From Gaiellaceae bacterium (GTDB lineage Bacteria; Actinomycetota; Thermoleophilia; Gaiellales; Gaiellaceae): DNA of 64,000 bases. Shown one piece after another: positions 47,482 through 57,205 of the stretch. The notes below the pieces were generated by a model. It worked only from the letters and a program-made list of their open reading frames with translations. It was not told the origin of the DNA and searched no databases. How positions within the stretch are numbered: the stretch's first letter is position 1; each line of letters opens with the position of its first letter. Location: positions 8,152 to 72,151 of the forward strand of contig JBHEMK010000067.1 in the NCBI GenBank assembly GCA_046262635.1, in the 5' to 3' direction. The position numbers and the translations under genes were made by a program.

Positions 47482-47934
47482 CTACCACGTCCGCCACCCC
47501 TGCCGCGCGACGAACAGCCCGTGACCACGCTCGTTCCGGCACGTGACTCCGGTGACGCGGGACCAGCACGTGAACACGCCTTGCCGCCAGCGCTTCCCGT
47601 ACGCCAGGGTCACGAAGCGGGGGCGCTGCGTGTCAGGGTTGTAGAGGATTCCCCCGGAGCAGTTGACAGTGCCCCTGCGGGCGGCGTCGAGCAAGAAGCC
47701 GTGCCAGTCGAGTGCGATCGGGGTATCCATGCACCGGGACTCGAGCCTCCTGGCGTAGATCGCCCGGGCGATCGTACAGAGCAGCCGATCGGGCCGGGGG
47801 CCGCCCGGGAGGGACAGACACCTGATGTTCCCCGACGGCGAGCGGAACCCGGGCAGGCGGATCGCCAAGGCCGGGCTCGACGAGGAGAGGGCGAGGGCGA
47901 GGGCCGCGAGCGCGAGCACAAGGCGCCGGTGCAC
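47482..47934 (-). CDS. secreted Cys-containing hypothetical protein
   Basis: 150 aa with the signal peptide MHRRLVLALAALALALSSSSPALA and six Cys in the mature part. Confidence 0.6.
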   Translation of the reverse strand: MHRRLVLALAALALALSSSSPALAIRLPGFRSPSGNIRCLSLPGGPRPDRLLCTIARAIYARRLESRCMDTPIALDWHGFLLDAARRGTVNCSGGILYNPDTQRPRFVTLAYGKRWRQGVFTCWSRVTGVTCRNERGHGLFVARQGWRTW

Positions 47935-48046
47935 GGCCGCAGACTATCTCCTGTCGGCGCGCGGACGAGCGCCGCGATCCCCGCGAACCCACCGCACTCC
48001 CCAGCGCCCGCCGGGTCGACCTGCCCCGCCACTCGGCGGCGCCGCG

Positions 48047-49318
48047 TCAGTTGCCGTTCAGCGAGGACACCGCCTGGAGGAGGCTGAATAGCTCGCGCGT
48101 CCGGGTCTCGCGGGAGAGCCGCTCCCGCCACTCGACCGGAAGTCGCGGGCGATCCAGCGAGCCTGCTCGCCAGCGTCGCACCATCTCGTCCAGCTCGTTC
48201 TTCATCGCGCTGACGTCGTTCGGTGCGACGACGCGGCCGGCTCGAGCGGACTCGACGAGGGCCGCTGCCGTCCCGTCGGGCGGCACGGCCGCCAGAATCG
48301 GCCGCTCCGCCGCGAGGTACTCGAACAGCTTGCCGGACGGCACGTCCTTCCCGCGCGCGCCGATCTCCGGAAGCAGCAACAGAAGCGCTTCACTGTCCCG
48401 CTGCATCGCGAGAGCGCGATGGTGGGGGGCGAATCCGTGCAGCTCGAGCCGATCGCCCAGCCCGAGGGTCTCGGCCCATTCGACGTCCTCGGCGCAAAAG
48501 TCTCCGACGAAGCGGACGACCGCGGCGGGATCGGTCTGAGCGAACGCCTCGAGGAATGCGCGACACGATCGACGTCCGAAAAAGCTGCCCGTGTGGGTGA
48601 TCCGGAACCGGTTGCTCACGGTGTAGTCGAGCTCCTCGAACTCGTCGAAGTCGCAACCGTTGGGAATCGTGGCGATGCGCCCTCTGGCTCCCAGCGCCCT
48701 CATCTCATCACCGATCGAATCGGTCACACCGACGATCGCGTCGGCCCAGCGCGCCACCGCCCGCGCGACCAGAACGTTTCCGTGCTCCTTGACCCGGACC
48801 GCGAGCCTCTCGAAGCGACGGTCCTGCTTCGCGACGATCGAGTCGCGGAGATCGGCGATCCACCGCGCTGACGTCAGCCGCTTGATCGCCGGTCCGATCA
48901 GGTGGACGGACGACGGCGGCGAGCTCGTCACCACGACGTCGATCTTCTCGCGCCGAGCGATCCTGATCGCGCACGGTGCCGCAGTTGCGAGCCAGCTGAC
49001 GTTCTCGTCCGGAATCAGGAGCCGCCGCGGAGTCAGTGCCGCACGCCGGACGAGTCGATCGACACCCGTCCGCCCGTAGAGCTCCTCCGCCGGTCGCATC
49101 CCGCGCGGCCCGACGTAGCGCGCCCGGTGGACAACGACGCCCTTCGGTGGGGCCAGGTCCTCGTCGCGGTGGAGCCAGCGCGGATCATCCGGCGCGAGCA
49201 CGTGGACGTCGACCCCACTGCGCGCGAGATGGTCCGCGAATCTCAGTGAGCGCTGCACGCCGCCCCCACCGGCCGGCGGAAAGTAGAACGAGACGAGAAG
49301 CACCCTCAGCGCCCGCAA
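48047..49318 (-). CDS. GT4-family glycosyltransferase
   Basis: TTG 49318 (or GTG 49303) inside ORF 48047..49570. Motifs: RVLLVSFYFPPAGGGGVQR and the E-x7-E region GKLFEYLAAERPILA. Confidence 0.85.
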   Translation of the reverse strand: MRALRVLLVSFYFPPAGGGGVQRSLRFADHLARSGVDVHVLAPDDPRWLHRDEDLAPPKGVVVHRARYVGPRGMRPAEELYGRTGVDRLVRRAALTPRRLLIPDENVSWLATAAPCAIRIARREKIDVVVTSSPPSSVHLIGPAIKRLTSARWIADLRDSIVAKQDRRFERLAVRVKEHGNVLVARAVARWADAIVGVTDSIGDEMRALGARGRIATIPNGCDFDEFEELDYTVSNRFRITHTGSFFGRRSCRAFLEAFAQTDPAAVVRFVGDFCAEDVEWAETLGLGDRLELHGFAPHHRALAMQRDSEALLLLLPEIGARGKDVPSGKLFEYLAAERPILAAVPPDGTAAALVESARAGRVVAPNDVSAMKNELDEMVRRWRAGSLDRPRLPVEWRERLSRETRTRELFSLLQAVSSLNGN

Positions 49319-49344
49319 GAAGGCCGAGCCTACGAAGGCAGTGT

Positions 49345-49368
49345 TAATCCGACGTTGAGCCCGGATTA
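49345..49368. promoter_or_regulatory. AT-rich inverted repeat TAATCCG-N10-CGGATTA between the membrane-protein stop and the glycosyltransferase start
   Basis: The arms are 7 bp and perfect. It could be a terminator or an operator. Confidence 0.3.
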
Positions 49369-49421
49369 GCTGCGTGTAGCGTCGGCGGCCAGCGGCTGAG
49401 GGCCGTCCCGGCGGGCGCGGA

Positions 49422-51086
49422 TCAGAGCTTCTCCGGGTCAGCGTGGCGAAGCGGTCCGAGTGTGCTCGCCGGGCCGACGACTTCCGTCGCCGGACGGCCC
49501 AGCGGTACACGCGCAAACGCAACCCTTCGCGCTCCCGGCTCCGGCAGCATCGGGCGGCCGGCTGCTGCAAGCACGGCGATTCCGCCGATCAACACGTACG
49601 CAGCCGAATCGTTCACGATGAGCGATGTCAGGACGGAGACGACGGCGACGAGGACGAGGTCGCGCTGCAGCCTCGACCGGGCTGTGCGCAGGACGGCAAA
49701 TGTGGCGATCGCGAAGCCAAGCGCCGCGGGCCCAACGAGGTACCACTGATCGAAGGCGGGCTCGTACGCAAGCGGGATGCGGTTCCGGGCAACTGCGAGT
49801 AGACCGCCGATTCCTCCGGAGAACGCGCTCCGGAGATGGTCGGGCCGGCTCTGATGGAGGTCGTACCGGACGAGCGCGCCGACGACCGCGGCGCTGGCGA
49901 GCAGCGAGACCGCCACCCCGCGGGCTCGAAGCCGGGCGAGGCGCGCGCCGAGGACGGCGAAGCCGACACCGAGCACGACCGCGCCGCCGCCGTCGGAGCC
50001 GAAGTTGTTGTCCGCGACGGTGACGAGTGCGAGCAGGGCGAAGCCGATGTAGCCGACCACGCCGAACCGCCGGGCGGCGAGCACTGCCCCGGCCAGAACC
50101 GGCGCCAGGAGCAGGGTCTCGATCTGGTTGCCGACGCCGTAGAAGCGCGAATTCTGGGTCGGTCCGAGCGGCGCGACGGCGAACCACTCCGGTTCGAACG
50201 CCATCGTTGCAGCACAGCCGAGGAGCAGCAGGACGAAGAGGGCGAGGAGGAGCAGCTCCGACTTCAGGACCCGGGCGAGTGTAAGGCCGCCCGCGGCCGT
50301 GCAAGCTGCAAGCCCCACGAGCATGACGGCGACGTTCGTGATCCCCGCCGCACCCAGGACGATGTTCGTGGCAAGCGCGACCGGCAGAGCCGAGAGCGCC
50401 GCCCTCGGTCGCGCCACTCCGAGCAGGGCGACGACCAGCCCGACGACCAGGAGCGCCGGCAGCTTGAGCGTGTTGTTCGCAGAGATCTGCCGGTCGAGCC
50501 GTCGCACGGCGAGCCCGGCAGATTCTGTGGGCTTCGACGTCAGGCCGCCGCGTGCGCGGCCGAGAGCCGTCGGTGCGATGTCGACCATCGACACCAACCC
50601 CGGGATCCTCGTGGTCGGCGAAACCAGAAGCCCGTGATAGCCGTAGCCGAGCACCGCCATCGGGTACCGGCGATCGTTCAGACCCGGCCGGCCGCGTGGC
50701 GGCAGCGACACGACGATCAGCGGCCGGCGCCTCGGAATGGCGTCCGCAGCGGACGTTGAGATCAGCACGGGGCCGTTCGGCACTCCTCCGAGGCGGGCAT
50801 TCTCGAGCTCGCCGCGAACGAGGGACGCGAGCGCCTGCCGCCGGTTCGTGGTCGGCCCGACCCCGGGTACGAGGAGGCCGACGGCTCCTTCACGCCCGAG
50901 CTGACGCAGCTCGCTGAACGGCAGGCTCGGAACGATCAGAACCTTGATTGGCTGCGGGGGCGGCTCCACGCGCGCGGCCGCGGTGCCTGCCAGCGTCCCG
51001 TAGGCACTCGAAGCGATGATCGCTGTGAGAGCCAGGCGCCAGGTCAGAGGTGGTGATCCTTCACGAACTGTGCTTCTCCTTGCCAA
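49422..51086 (-). CDS. large integral membrane protein with N-terminal extracytoplasmic domain
   Basis: 554 aa from TTG 51086. It has a signal/anchor, then an ectodomain of about 190 aa ending in TTRIPGLVSMVDIAPTALG, then about 9-10 hydrophobic helices. Confidence 0.75.
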   Translation of the reverse strand: MARRSTVREGSPPLTWRLALTAIIASSAYGTLAGTAAARVEPPPQPIKVLIVPSLPFSELRQLGREGAVGLLVPGVGPTTNRRQALASLVRGELENARLGGVPNGPVLISTSAADAIPRRRPLIVVSLPPRGRPGLNDRRYPMAVLGYGYHGLLVSPTTRIPGLVSMVDIAPTALGRARGGLTSKPTESAGLAVRRLDRQISANNTLKLPALLVVGLVVALLGVARPRAALSALPVALATNIVLGAAGITNVAVMLVGLAACTAAGGLTLARVLKSELLLLALFVLLLLGCAATMAFEPEWFAVAPLGPTQNSRFYGVGNQIETLLLAPVLAGAVLAARRFGVVGYIGFALLALVTVADNNFGSDGGGAVVLGVGFAVLGARLARLRARGVAVSLLASAAVVGALVRYDLHQSRPDHLRSAFSGGIGGLLAVARNRIPLAYEPAFDQWYLVGPAALGFAIATFAVLRTARSRLQRDLVLVAVVSVLTSLIVNDSAAYVLIGGIAVLAAAGRPMLPEPGARRVAFARVPLGRPATEVVGPASTLGPLRHADPEKL

Positions 51087-51149
51087 GCGTCGCCAATCCG
51101 AAGGCCGAACAGTCTCACGTATCCGACCGCCGTGCCGACTGCCGTGCCC

Positions 51150-51911
51150 CTAGCGGAGGAACCGACGCAGGAACAGCGCCGCCTGCTTGATACCGATTGT
51201 TCCTTGGCTGTGAGGCCACTCGTGTGAGCCCCGAGGATAAACGAACAGGGCGCTCGGTATATGCGCCCGACGGATCGCACGGTAGAGCGGGAGCGTCTCT
51301 GCGAGCGGAATTGCGTCGGTGCGGCCGGCCGACAGGAGAATCGTCGGTGGAAGTTCGATCGAGCGGGGGGAGCTGTCGCCGAACCCGCCGGTCGAGAATC
51401 CGGCGACCGCGTCAAAGGGACGCAGCCCTTTCAGGCCCTGCGCCGCGGCGAGCGCCACGCCGCCGCCGAGCGACCAGCCGACCACGCCGACCCCGCTCGG
51501 GTCGACGCCCCTGGTGGCTCGCAAAGCCGCGGCCGCATCCCTGGCCGCCCTCACCCAGACGGGAAACGGATCACCCCCTCGCCACCGGGCGCCCCCGCAG
51601 AAGCCTCTGCGTCGCGGCGATGGGGTCGGCCCGAAGTAGTCGACGTCAAGCGTCGAGATACCGTAGTGCGGCAGCTCGCTGACGAGGCGGTGGTCGAAGG
51701 TCGAAAACCCGCCACAGCCGTGCAGGACGACGACTGCACGACCGCCGGCGGAGCTCGCCCGGCAGAGCTCCGCACGTACGATCAGCCCGCTGCTGATGAA
51801 ATCGGCTCGCGAGCACTGGGAGCCGAAGCGCGGAAAAGAGCTGGCGAGCGCGGCTGGCGTGACTGCGGAGACCGCGATCAATGCCATGCCGCAACTGGCC
51901 CGAAGCCTCAT
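51150..51911 (-). CDS. alpha/beta hydrolase (dienelactone-hydrolase-like), secreted
   Basis: Nucleophile elbow GWSLGG. The start is probably Met10 of ORF 51150..51938 (MRLRASCGMALIAVSAV signal). AT-ending codons are noticeably more frequent than in neighbouring genes. Confidence 0.8.
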   Translation of the reverse strand: MRLRASCGMALIAVSAVTPAALASSFPRFGSQCSRADFISSGLIVRAELCRASSAGGRAVVVLHGCGGFSTFDHRLVSELPHYGISTLDVDYFGPTPSPRRRGFCGGARWRGGDPFPVWVRAARDAAAALRATRGVDPSGVGVVGWSLGGGVALAAAQGLKGLRPFDAVAGFSTGGFGDSSPRSIELPPTILLSAGRTDAIPLAETLPLYRAIRRAHIPSALFVYPRGSHEWPHSQGTIGIKQAALFLRRFLR

Positions 51912-52178
51912 GCCGACGAGGGTAGCGACGATCCCCATCGGCAGGGCCCAGGACCGGAACGAGGCCGGAACCGTGGCACCTGAAGCGTCCGACGATCAAG
52001 AGGCGAACCCGCCGCCGTCTCGCCGGGCCGGACCGAGCCGGTCAGCCCGCGACCGGGGCCGATCCTCTGCCTTCCGGCGCGCCGCTCACGGCGTCGCTTG
52101 ACTCGCTCGACTGTCTGGCGACTCCGGTGAGCCTCACCCTCCTCGAGCGTTTCCGCCGCACGCTAAGGTCGCGCTCCG

Positions 52179-53294
52179 ATGGCTCTCCGGACGTCGCCGC
52201 CCTTCCGCGCCGACCACGTCGGATCGCTGCTCCGACCGCCGCAGCTCCTGCGCGCGCGCGAGGACTACGGCGCCGGTCGTATCGAGGCCGAAGAGCTCCG
52301 CCTGATCGAGGACGAGGCGATTCGCCGCGTCGTCCGCAAACAGGAGGAGGTCGGACTGCAGTCCACGACCGACGGCGAGTTCCGCCGAGCTTCCTGGCAC
52401 ATGGACTTCATCTACCAGCTGGACGGCGTTACCAAGGAGGCCGGCGAGATCGCGGTCAAGTTCTACAACGAGAGAGGCGAGCTCGAGTTCACGCCGGCGG
52501 CGCTCCACATCGACGGCACGCTCGGAGTCTCGAAGACGATCTTCGGCGACGCGTTCTCGTTCCTCCAGCAGGTGACCAAGCGCGTCCCGAAGCTGACCAT
52601 CCCCTCGCCGAGCATGGTCCACTACCGCGGCGGCAAGGCGGCGATCGATCCAAGCGTGTACCCGGACCTCGATTCATTCTGGGGCGACCTGACCGCAGCG
52701 TACGCAGAGCAGGTCAGGCGGCTCGGCGAACTCGGCTGCACGTATCTCCAGTTCGACGATACGAGCCTCGCGTACATGAACGACCCGCGTCAGCGCCAGT
52801 ACGTCGCGGCGATCGGCGGCGACCCTGAGCACCAGCATGTGGAGTACATCCACCACATCAACGAAGCGCTGGCCCACCGGCCCGAGGGGATGGCAGTGAC
52901 GACGCACATGTGCCGCGGCAACTTCCGCTCGTCCTGGGCGGCGTCCGGGGGCTATGACTTCGTGGCCGAGGCGCTCTTCAACGAGCTCGAGGTCGATGGC
53001 TTCTTCATGGAGTGGGACGACGCACGCTCGGGCGGTTTCGAGCCGCTGCGACTCCTGCCGAAGGGAAAGCATGTCGTGCTCGGACTCGTGACCACCAAGC
53101 AGGGCGAGCTCGAGTCGAAGGATGAACTGAAGCGGCGCATCGGGGAGGCCGCTCGATACGTCGACCTCGAGCAGCTCTGCCTCTCGCCGCAATGCGGCTT
53201 CTCCTCGACTGTCGAAGGGAACGAGCTCACGCAGGAGCAGCAGTGGGCGAAGCTGCGCCTGATCGTCGAGACCGCGAACGAGGTCTGGGGCTGA
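52179..53294 (+). CDS. cobalamin-independent methionine synthase family protein (MetE C-terminal-domain-only type)
   Basis: 371 aa with PFRADHVGSLLRP, TDGEFRR and zinc-ligand contexts HMCRGN and LSPQCGF. Confidence 0.85.
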   Translation: MALRTSPPFRADHVGSLLRPPQLLRAREDYGAGRIEAEELRLIEDEAIRRVVRKQEEVGLQSTTDGEFRRASWHMDFIYQLDGVTKEAGEIAVKFYNERGELEFTPAALHIDGTLGVSKTIFGDAFSFLQQVTKRVPKLTIPSPSMVHYRGGKAAIDPSVYPDLDSFWGDLTAAYAEQVRRLGELGCTYLQFDDTSLAYMNDPRQRQYVAAIGGDPEHQHVEYIHHINEALAHRPEGMAVTTHMCRGNFRSSWAASGGYDFVAEALFNELEVDGFFMEWDDARSGGFEPLRLLPKGKHVVLGLVTTKQGELESKDELKRRIGEAARYVDLEQLCLSPQCGFSSTVEGNELTQEQQWAKLRLIVETANEVWG

Positions 53295-53510
53295 CGGGCA
53301 GCGGTCAGCGGCGGGGCGTTTCTCCTGGGCTCCCGTTCGGTGTTCCGGCGCCCGCCCGGCCCCAACCACCATGCGAGGATGTCGTCGCGACCACGCAGGG
53401 GCAACGAGCGGTCCTTTGTCGGCACGACCCGCGTCCGCGCCAGGCCTCTACCGTGTGTCGCTCGTTGTCCGTACTCGAGCTGAAGGCCATACCGAAAACG
53501 CCCGCATCTC

Positions 53511-54314
53511 CTAGCGGTGGGGGCGGTAGCCGAGCCGTGCCGAGATGTCGTCGGCTGCCCGCCTGAGCGTCGAGCTCAGCCCAGCCACGAGCGTCTCCAT
53601 CGAGACCATGGAGCTATGGACCGCGAGGTTGATCGCCGCCGCCGCGTTCCCGTCGTGGGCAAGCACAGGCGCCGCGATCGATCGCAGCCCGTACGCGAGC
53701 TCCTCGTTGTTGATTGCGAAACCGGCCTCCCGGACGCGCTTCAGCTCCGCCGCGAACGTGGTCTGCGAGGTGAGGGTGTTCGGCCCGCGGCGGCTGAACT
53801 CGATCTTCGCGAGGCTCGCGAACTGCTCCTCAGCGGGAAGGTATGCGAGCAGTACCTTGCCGAGCGAGGTGCAGTATGCGGGCAGCCTGGCGCCGACGTG
53901 GAGATTCAAGTCGATCTCGCGCTGGCCGGGGCGCGCACTGCGGCAGCGCTCGACGTACACGACGTCGAGCTCGTCAAGGATGGCCATGTTGACCGTGTAG
54001 CCAGTCTCGTCGCTCAACTGCCGGAGATGGGGGGCGGCCAACTCGCGCAACTCCATTGAGTTGATGGCGGAGAAGCCGAGATCGAGCACGCGCGGACCGA
54101 GGCGATACTTCTTCGTCGCTCCGTCCTGGTGGAGGTACCCGAGGGCTCTGAGCGTCGAGACGTAGCGGTGGGTCGTGCTTCTGCTCAGGCCGATGTCGCG
54201 GCCCAGCTCGCTGACGCCGAGGAGGGGTCGACCCGAGCGAAAAGCCGAGAGGATCGCGAGGCCGCGCTCGAGGGATTGCGAGTGGCCAGGGCCGGGCGAA
54301 CGGAGCTCAGACAC
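53511..54314 (-). CDS. IclR-family transcriptional regulator
   Basis: SLERGLAILSAF..LGVSELGRDIGLSRSTTHRYVSTLRALGYL plus an effector domain. GTG 54314 is preferred over the longest start, 54386. Confidence 0.85.
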   Translation of the reverse strand: MSELRSPGPGHSQSLERGLAILSAFRSGRPLLGVSELGRDIGLSRSTTHRYVSTLRALGYLHQDGATKKYRLGPRVLDLGFSAINSMELRELAAPHLRQLSDETGYTVNMAILDELDVVYVERCRSARPGQREIDLNLHVGARLPAYCTSLGKVLLAYLPAEEQFASLAKIEFSRRGPNTLTSQTTFAAELKRVREAGFAINNEELAYGLRSIAAPVLAHDGNAAAAINLAVHSSMVSMETLVAGLSSTLRRAADDISARLGYRPHR

Positions 54315-54418
54315 GTTCCGAATATTAGAACAGCATCTTGACAAGCGGACAAGCACGGACGTAGCGTCGTCCGGCCGCCACACCACCCGGGTAGGTGGCG
54401 AGCCTTCGAGGAGGATCG

Positions 54419-55747
54419 ATGACTGACCAGTCCGGAATGCGGAGAATCTCGAGAGGTGAGCTGCTGAAGCGGGCGGGCGTGGGGGCCGGCGGCATTGCCG
54501 TCTCCGGAGCTTTGGCGGAGCCCAGCTGGGCCCGGCCCGGATCGCACGAGGCGAGCACCACGATCAAGATCGGGTTCGTCAGCCCGATCACGGGCGCGAC
54601 CGCAGGTTTCGGCGAGCCCGATCCGTATGTCCTCTCCCTTGCGCGCACCGCGTTCGCGAAAGGGCTCAGGATAGGTGGGAAGCATTACTCGGTCCAGATC
54701 ATCAACCGCGACAGCCAGTCGGCCCCCGCGCACGCTGCCCAAGTCGCGAACGAGCTCATCCACGGCCAGAACGTCGACCTGATGCTGGCGACGTCAACGC
54801 CCGAGACAGTCAACCCAGTGGCCGACGCCTGCGAAGCGGCGGGCGTTCCGTACATCACGACGGTCGTTCCGTGGGAGGCGTGGTACTTCGGACGGGGAGC
54901 GAAGGACCCGAGCAAGTCGCCGTTCCGCTACGGCTACCACTTCTGTTTCGGCGTCGAGGACTTCTACAAGGCCTACTCGCATCTGTGGCGACAGGTGAAG
55001 ACGAACAAGAAGGTCGGCGTCATGTGGCCGAACGACGCAGACGGCAATGCGATCCGGGCGGCACTTGGGCCGCTGCTGCAGAAGGCCGGCTACACGATCG
55101 TCGATCCGGGCGCCTACCAGGACGGCACGAACGACTACTCCGCCCAGATTGCGAAATTCAAGTCGGAGGGCGTTCAGATCTTCAACACGTTCCCGATCCC
55201 TCCAGACTTCGCGACATTCTGGCGACAGGCAGCTCAGCAGGGCCTGACGAAGCAGGTGAAGATCGCGCAGATCGCCAAGACAGGCCTGTTCCCGTCGCAG
55301 GTGACAGCGCTCGGTTCGCTCGGCTACGGCCTCGCGAGCGCCTGCTACTGGCACCCGACGTGGCCGTACAAGTCCTCCCTCACAGGGGTCCGGTCGAAGC
55401 AGCTCGCGGCCGGCTACACCCGGCGGAGCGGCAAGCAGTGGAATCAGCAGGCGGGACCGAGCCTTGCGCTCTTCGACGTCGCCGCTGCGGCCCTGAAGGC
55501 GAGCGGCAGTCCCAAGAACAAGAACGCGGTGGCGAACGCGATGAAGACGGTCAAGGTGGAGACGCCCGTCGGCGTCCTCGACTGGAGCAAGAAGCGCGCC
55601 GGCGTGCCGTTCAACGTCGTGCCGACGCCGATTCCGGGCGGGCAGTGGCGGAAGGTTCGCGGGAAGTTCAAAGTGGACTTCGTGATCTGCGAGCACTCGG
55701 ACGATCCGAAGATCCCGATCGGCGGGAAGCTCAAGGCGTACAGCTAG
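54419..55747 (+). CDS. Liv-type (branched-chain amino acid family) ABC substrate-binding protein with Tat-type signal
   Basis: ATG 54419 comes after GAGGAGG. The signal is MRRISRGELLKRAGVGAGGIAVSGALA. The fold is Peripla_BP_6-like. Confidence 0.9.
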   Translation: MTDQSGMRRISRGELLKRAGVGAGGIAVSGALAEPSWARPGSHEASTTIKIGFVSPITGATAGFGEPDPYVLSLARTAFAKGLRIGGKHYSVQIINRDSQSAPAHAAQVANELIHGQNVDLMLATSTPETVNPVADACEAAGVPYITTVVPWEAWYFGRGAKDPSKSPFRYGYHFCFGVEDFYKAYSHLWRQVKTNKKVGVMWPNDADGNAIRAALGPLLQKAGYTIVDPGAYQDGTNDYSAQIAKFKSEGVQIFNTFPIPPDFATFWRQAAQQGLTKQVKIAQIAKTGLFPSQVTALGSLGYGLASACYWHPTWPYKSSLTGVRSKQLAAGYTRRSGKQWNQQAGPSLALFDVAAAALKASGSPKNKNAVANAMKTVKVETPVGVLDWSKKRAGVPFNVVPTPIPGGQWRKVRGKFKVDFVICEHSDDPKIPIGGKLKAYS

Positions 55748-55766
55748 GCGGAGCGGGCCCGACGAG

Positions 55767-56492
55767 ATGGAGCCCATCGTCGCCGCCGTCGGGGTGCGCA
55801 GGCGCTTTGGCGCACTCCTCGTGCTCGATGGCGTCGACTTCGCGGTCCGGCCCGGCGAGGCGGTCGGCATCGTCGGCCCGAACGGCGCCGGGAAGACGAC
55901 GTTGCTGAACGTCCTGGCCGGGTCTGTCCGCCCCGACGGGGGGCGAGTCGAGCTGCGCGGGGTCGACGTCACCTCGGTCGGCGCAGCGAAGCGTTGCCGG
56001 CTCGGGATCGGCCGCGCTCACCAGGTGCCGAGGCCGTTCGGAAACATGACGGTCTTCGAGAACGTGCTCGTCGGCGGGGCGACCGGCGGGGGCCGGCGCG
56101 GCAGACAGGCCTACGACCGGTGCATCGATGCCCTCGAGGTCTGCGGGCTGACCGAGCTCGCGAACCGCCGCGCCGAGAGCCTCGGCCTGCTCTCGCGCAA
56201 GCGTCTCGAGCTTGCACGTGCCCTCGCCACCGAGCCGGCCGTCCTGCTCCTCGACGAGATCGGTGCAGGACTCACCGACGCCGAAGCCGACGAGCTGCTC
56301 GCCACGATCACCGAGGTGCGGGGACGGGAGATCGCCGTCGTCTGGATCGAGCACATCGTCCACGTTCTCGTTCGGTCGATCCAGCGGCTCGTCTGCATGG
56401 ATCAGGGGCGGGTGATCGCGGACGGCGCACCGGGCGCCGTGATGCAGGACGCGAAAGTGATCGATGCGTATCTCGGACGGGCCGTTGCGTGA
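55767..56492 (+). CDS. ABC transporter ATP-binding protein (LivG-like)
   Basis: 241 aa with GPNGAGKTT and LLLDEIGAGL. Confidence 0.9.
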   Translation: MEPIVAAVGVRRRFGALLVLDGVDFAVRPGEAVGIVGPNGAGKTTLLNVLAGSVRPDGGRVELRGVDVTSVGAAKRCRLGIGRAHQVPRPFGNMTVFENVLVGGATGGGRRGRQAYDRCIDALEVCGLTELANRRAESLGLLSRKRLELARALATEPAVLLLDEIGAGLTDAEADELLATITEVRGREIAVVWIEHIVHVLVRSIQRLVCMDQGRVIADGAPGAVMQDAKVIDAYLGRAVA

Positions 56493-57205
56493 GCCTGCTT
56501 TTGGTCGAGCGGATCGACGCACGGCACGGTCTGCTGCAGGCTGTGCACGAGGTCTCGCTCGAGCTGGAGGAGGGGGCGACCGTCGCGCTCGTCGGCGCGA
56601 ACGGTGCCGGCAAGACGACGCTGCTCCGGACGATCGCCGGGGCGCACCGGGCCAACGGCGGGCGCATCGTCTTCGCCGGAGTCGATGTCACCCACATCCC
56701 GGCGCACCAGCGTGTGCGCCGGGGGATCGCACTCGTGCCGGAGGGACGGCGGCTGTTCCCGGAGCTGACGGTCGAGGAGAACCTCCGGGTCGCGGGCGGC
56801 GCCGGCCGGTCCGGTCGCTGGAACACCGCCACGGTGCTCGAGGCGTTCCCGCTGCTCCAGCCGCTGCGCAAGCGCCGCGCGGCCAGCCTCTCGGGCGGCG
56901 AGCAGCAGATCACGGCGATCGGCCGTTCGCTGATGACGAACCCGAGCCTGCTGCTTCTCGACGAGGTATCGCTCGGCCTCGCCCCGCTCGTCGTCGAGGA
57001 TGTCTACCGCTCGCTCGAGATGCTGATCGAATCGGGCACGACGATCCTGCTCGTCGAACAGGACCTCGGACGCGCGCTCGCGGTCGCCTCGCGCGTCGTC
57101 TGCATGCTCGAGGGCAGGGTCGTGCTTGAGGGGGCGGCCGGCGACCTCGGTCGCGAGGAGGTCACGAGCGCGTACTTCGGGCTTTCGCAGGGAACGGCCG
57201 CATGA
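56489..57205 (+). CDS. ABC transporter ATP-binding protein (LivF-like)
   Basis: GTG 56489 (GTGA overlap) inside ORF 55994..57205. Motifs: GANGAGKTT, LSGGEQQ, LLLDEVSLGL. Confidence 0.9.
   Translation: MSLLLVERIDARHGLLQAVHEVSLELEEGATVALVGANGAGKTTLLRTIAGAHRANGGRIVFAGVDVTHIPAHQRVRRGIALVPEGRRLFPELTVEENLRVAGGAGRSGRWNTATVLEAFPLLQPLRKRRAASLSGGEQQITAIGRSLMTNPSLLLLDEVSLGLAPLVVEDVYRSLEMLIESGTTILLVEQDLGRALAVASRVVCMLEGRVVLEGAAGDLGREEVTSAYFGLSQGTAA

Noticed and set aside
51939-52178. A SAM or cobalamin riboswitch in front of the MetE-like gene.
   Set aside because: None of the S-box, SAM-IV or B12-box core strings (GGCAACC/AAGGUGC, GCCACUG) is present on the plus strand. The spacer shows only weak promoter-like hexamers.
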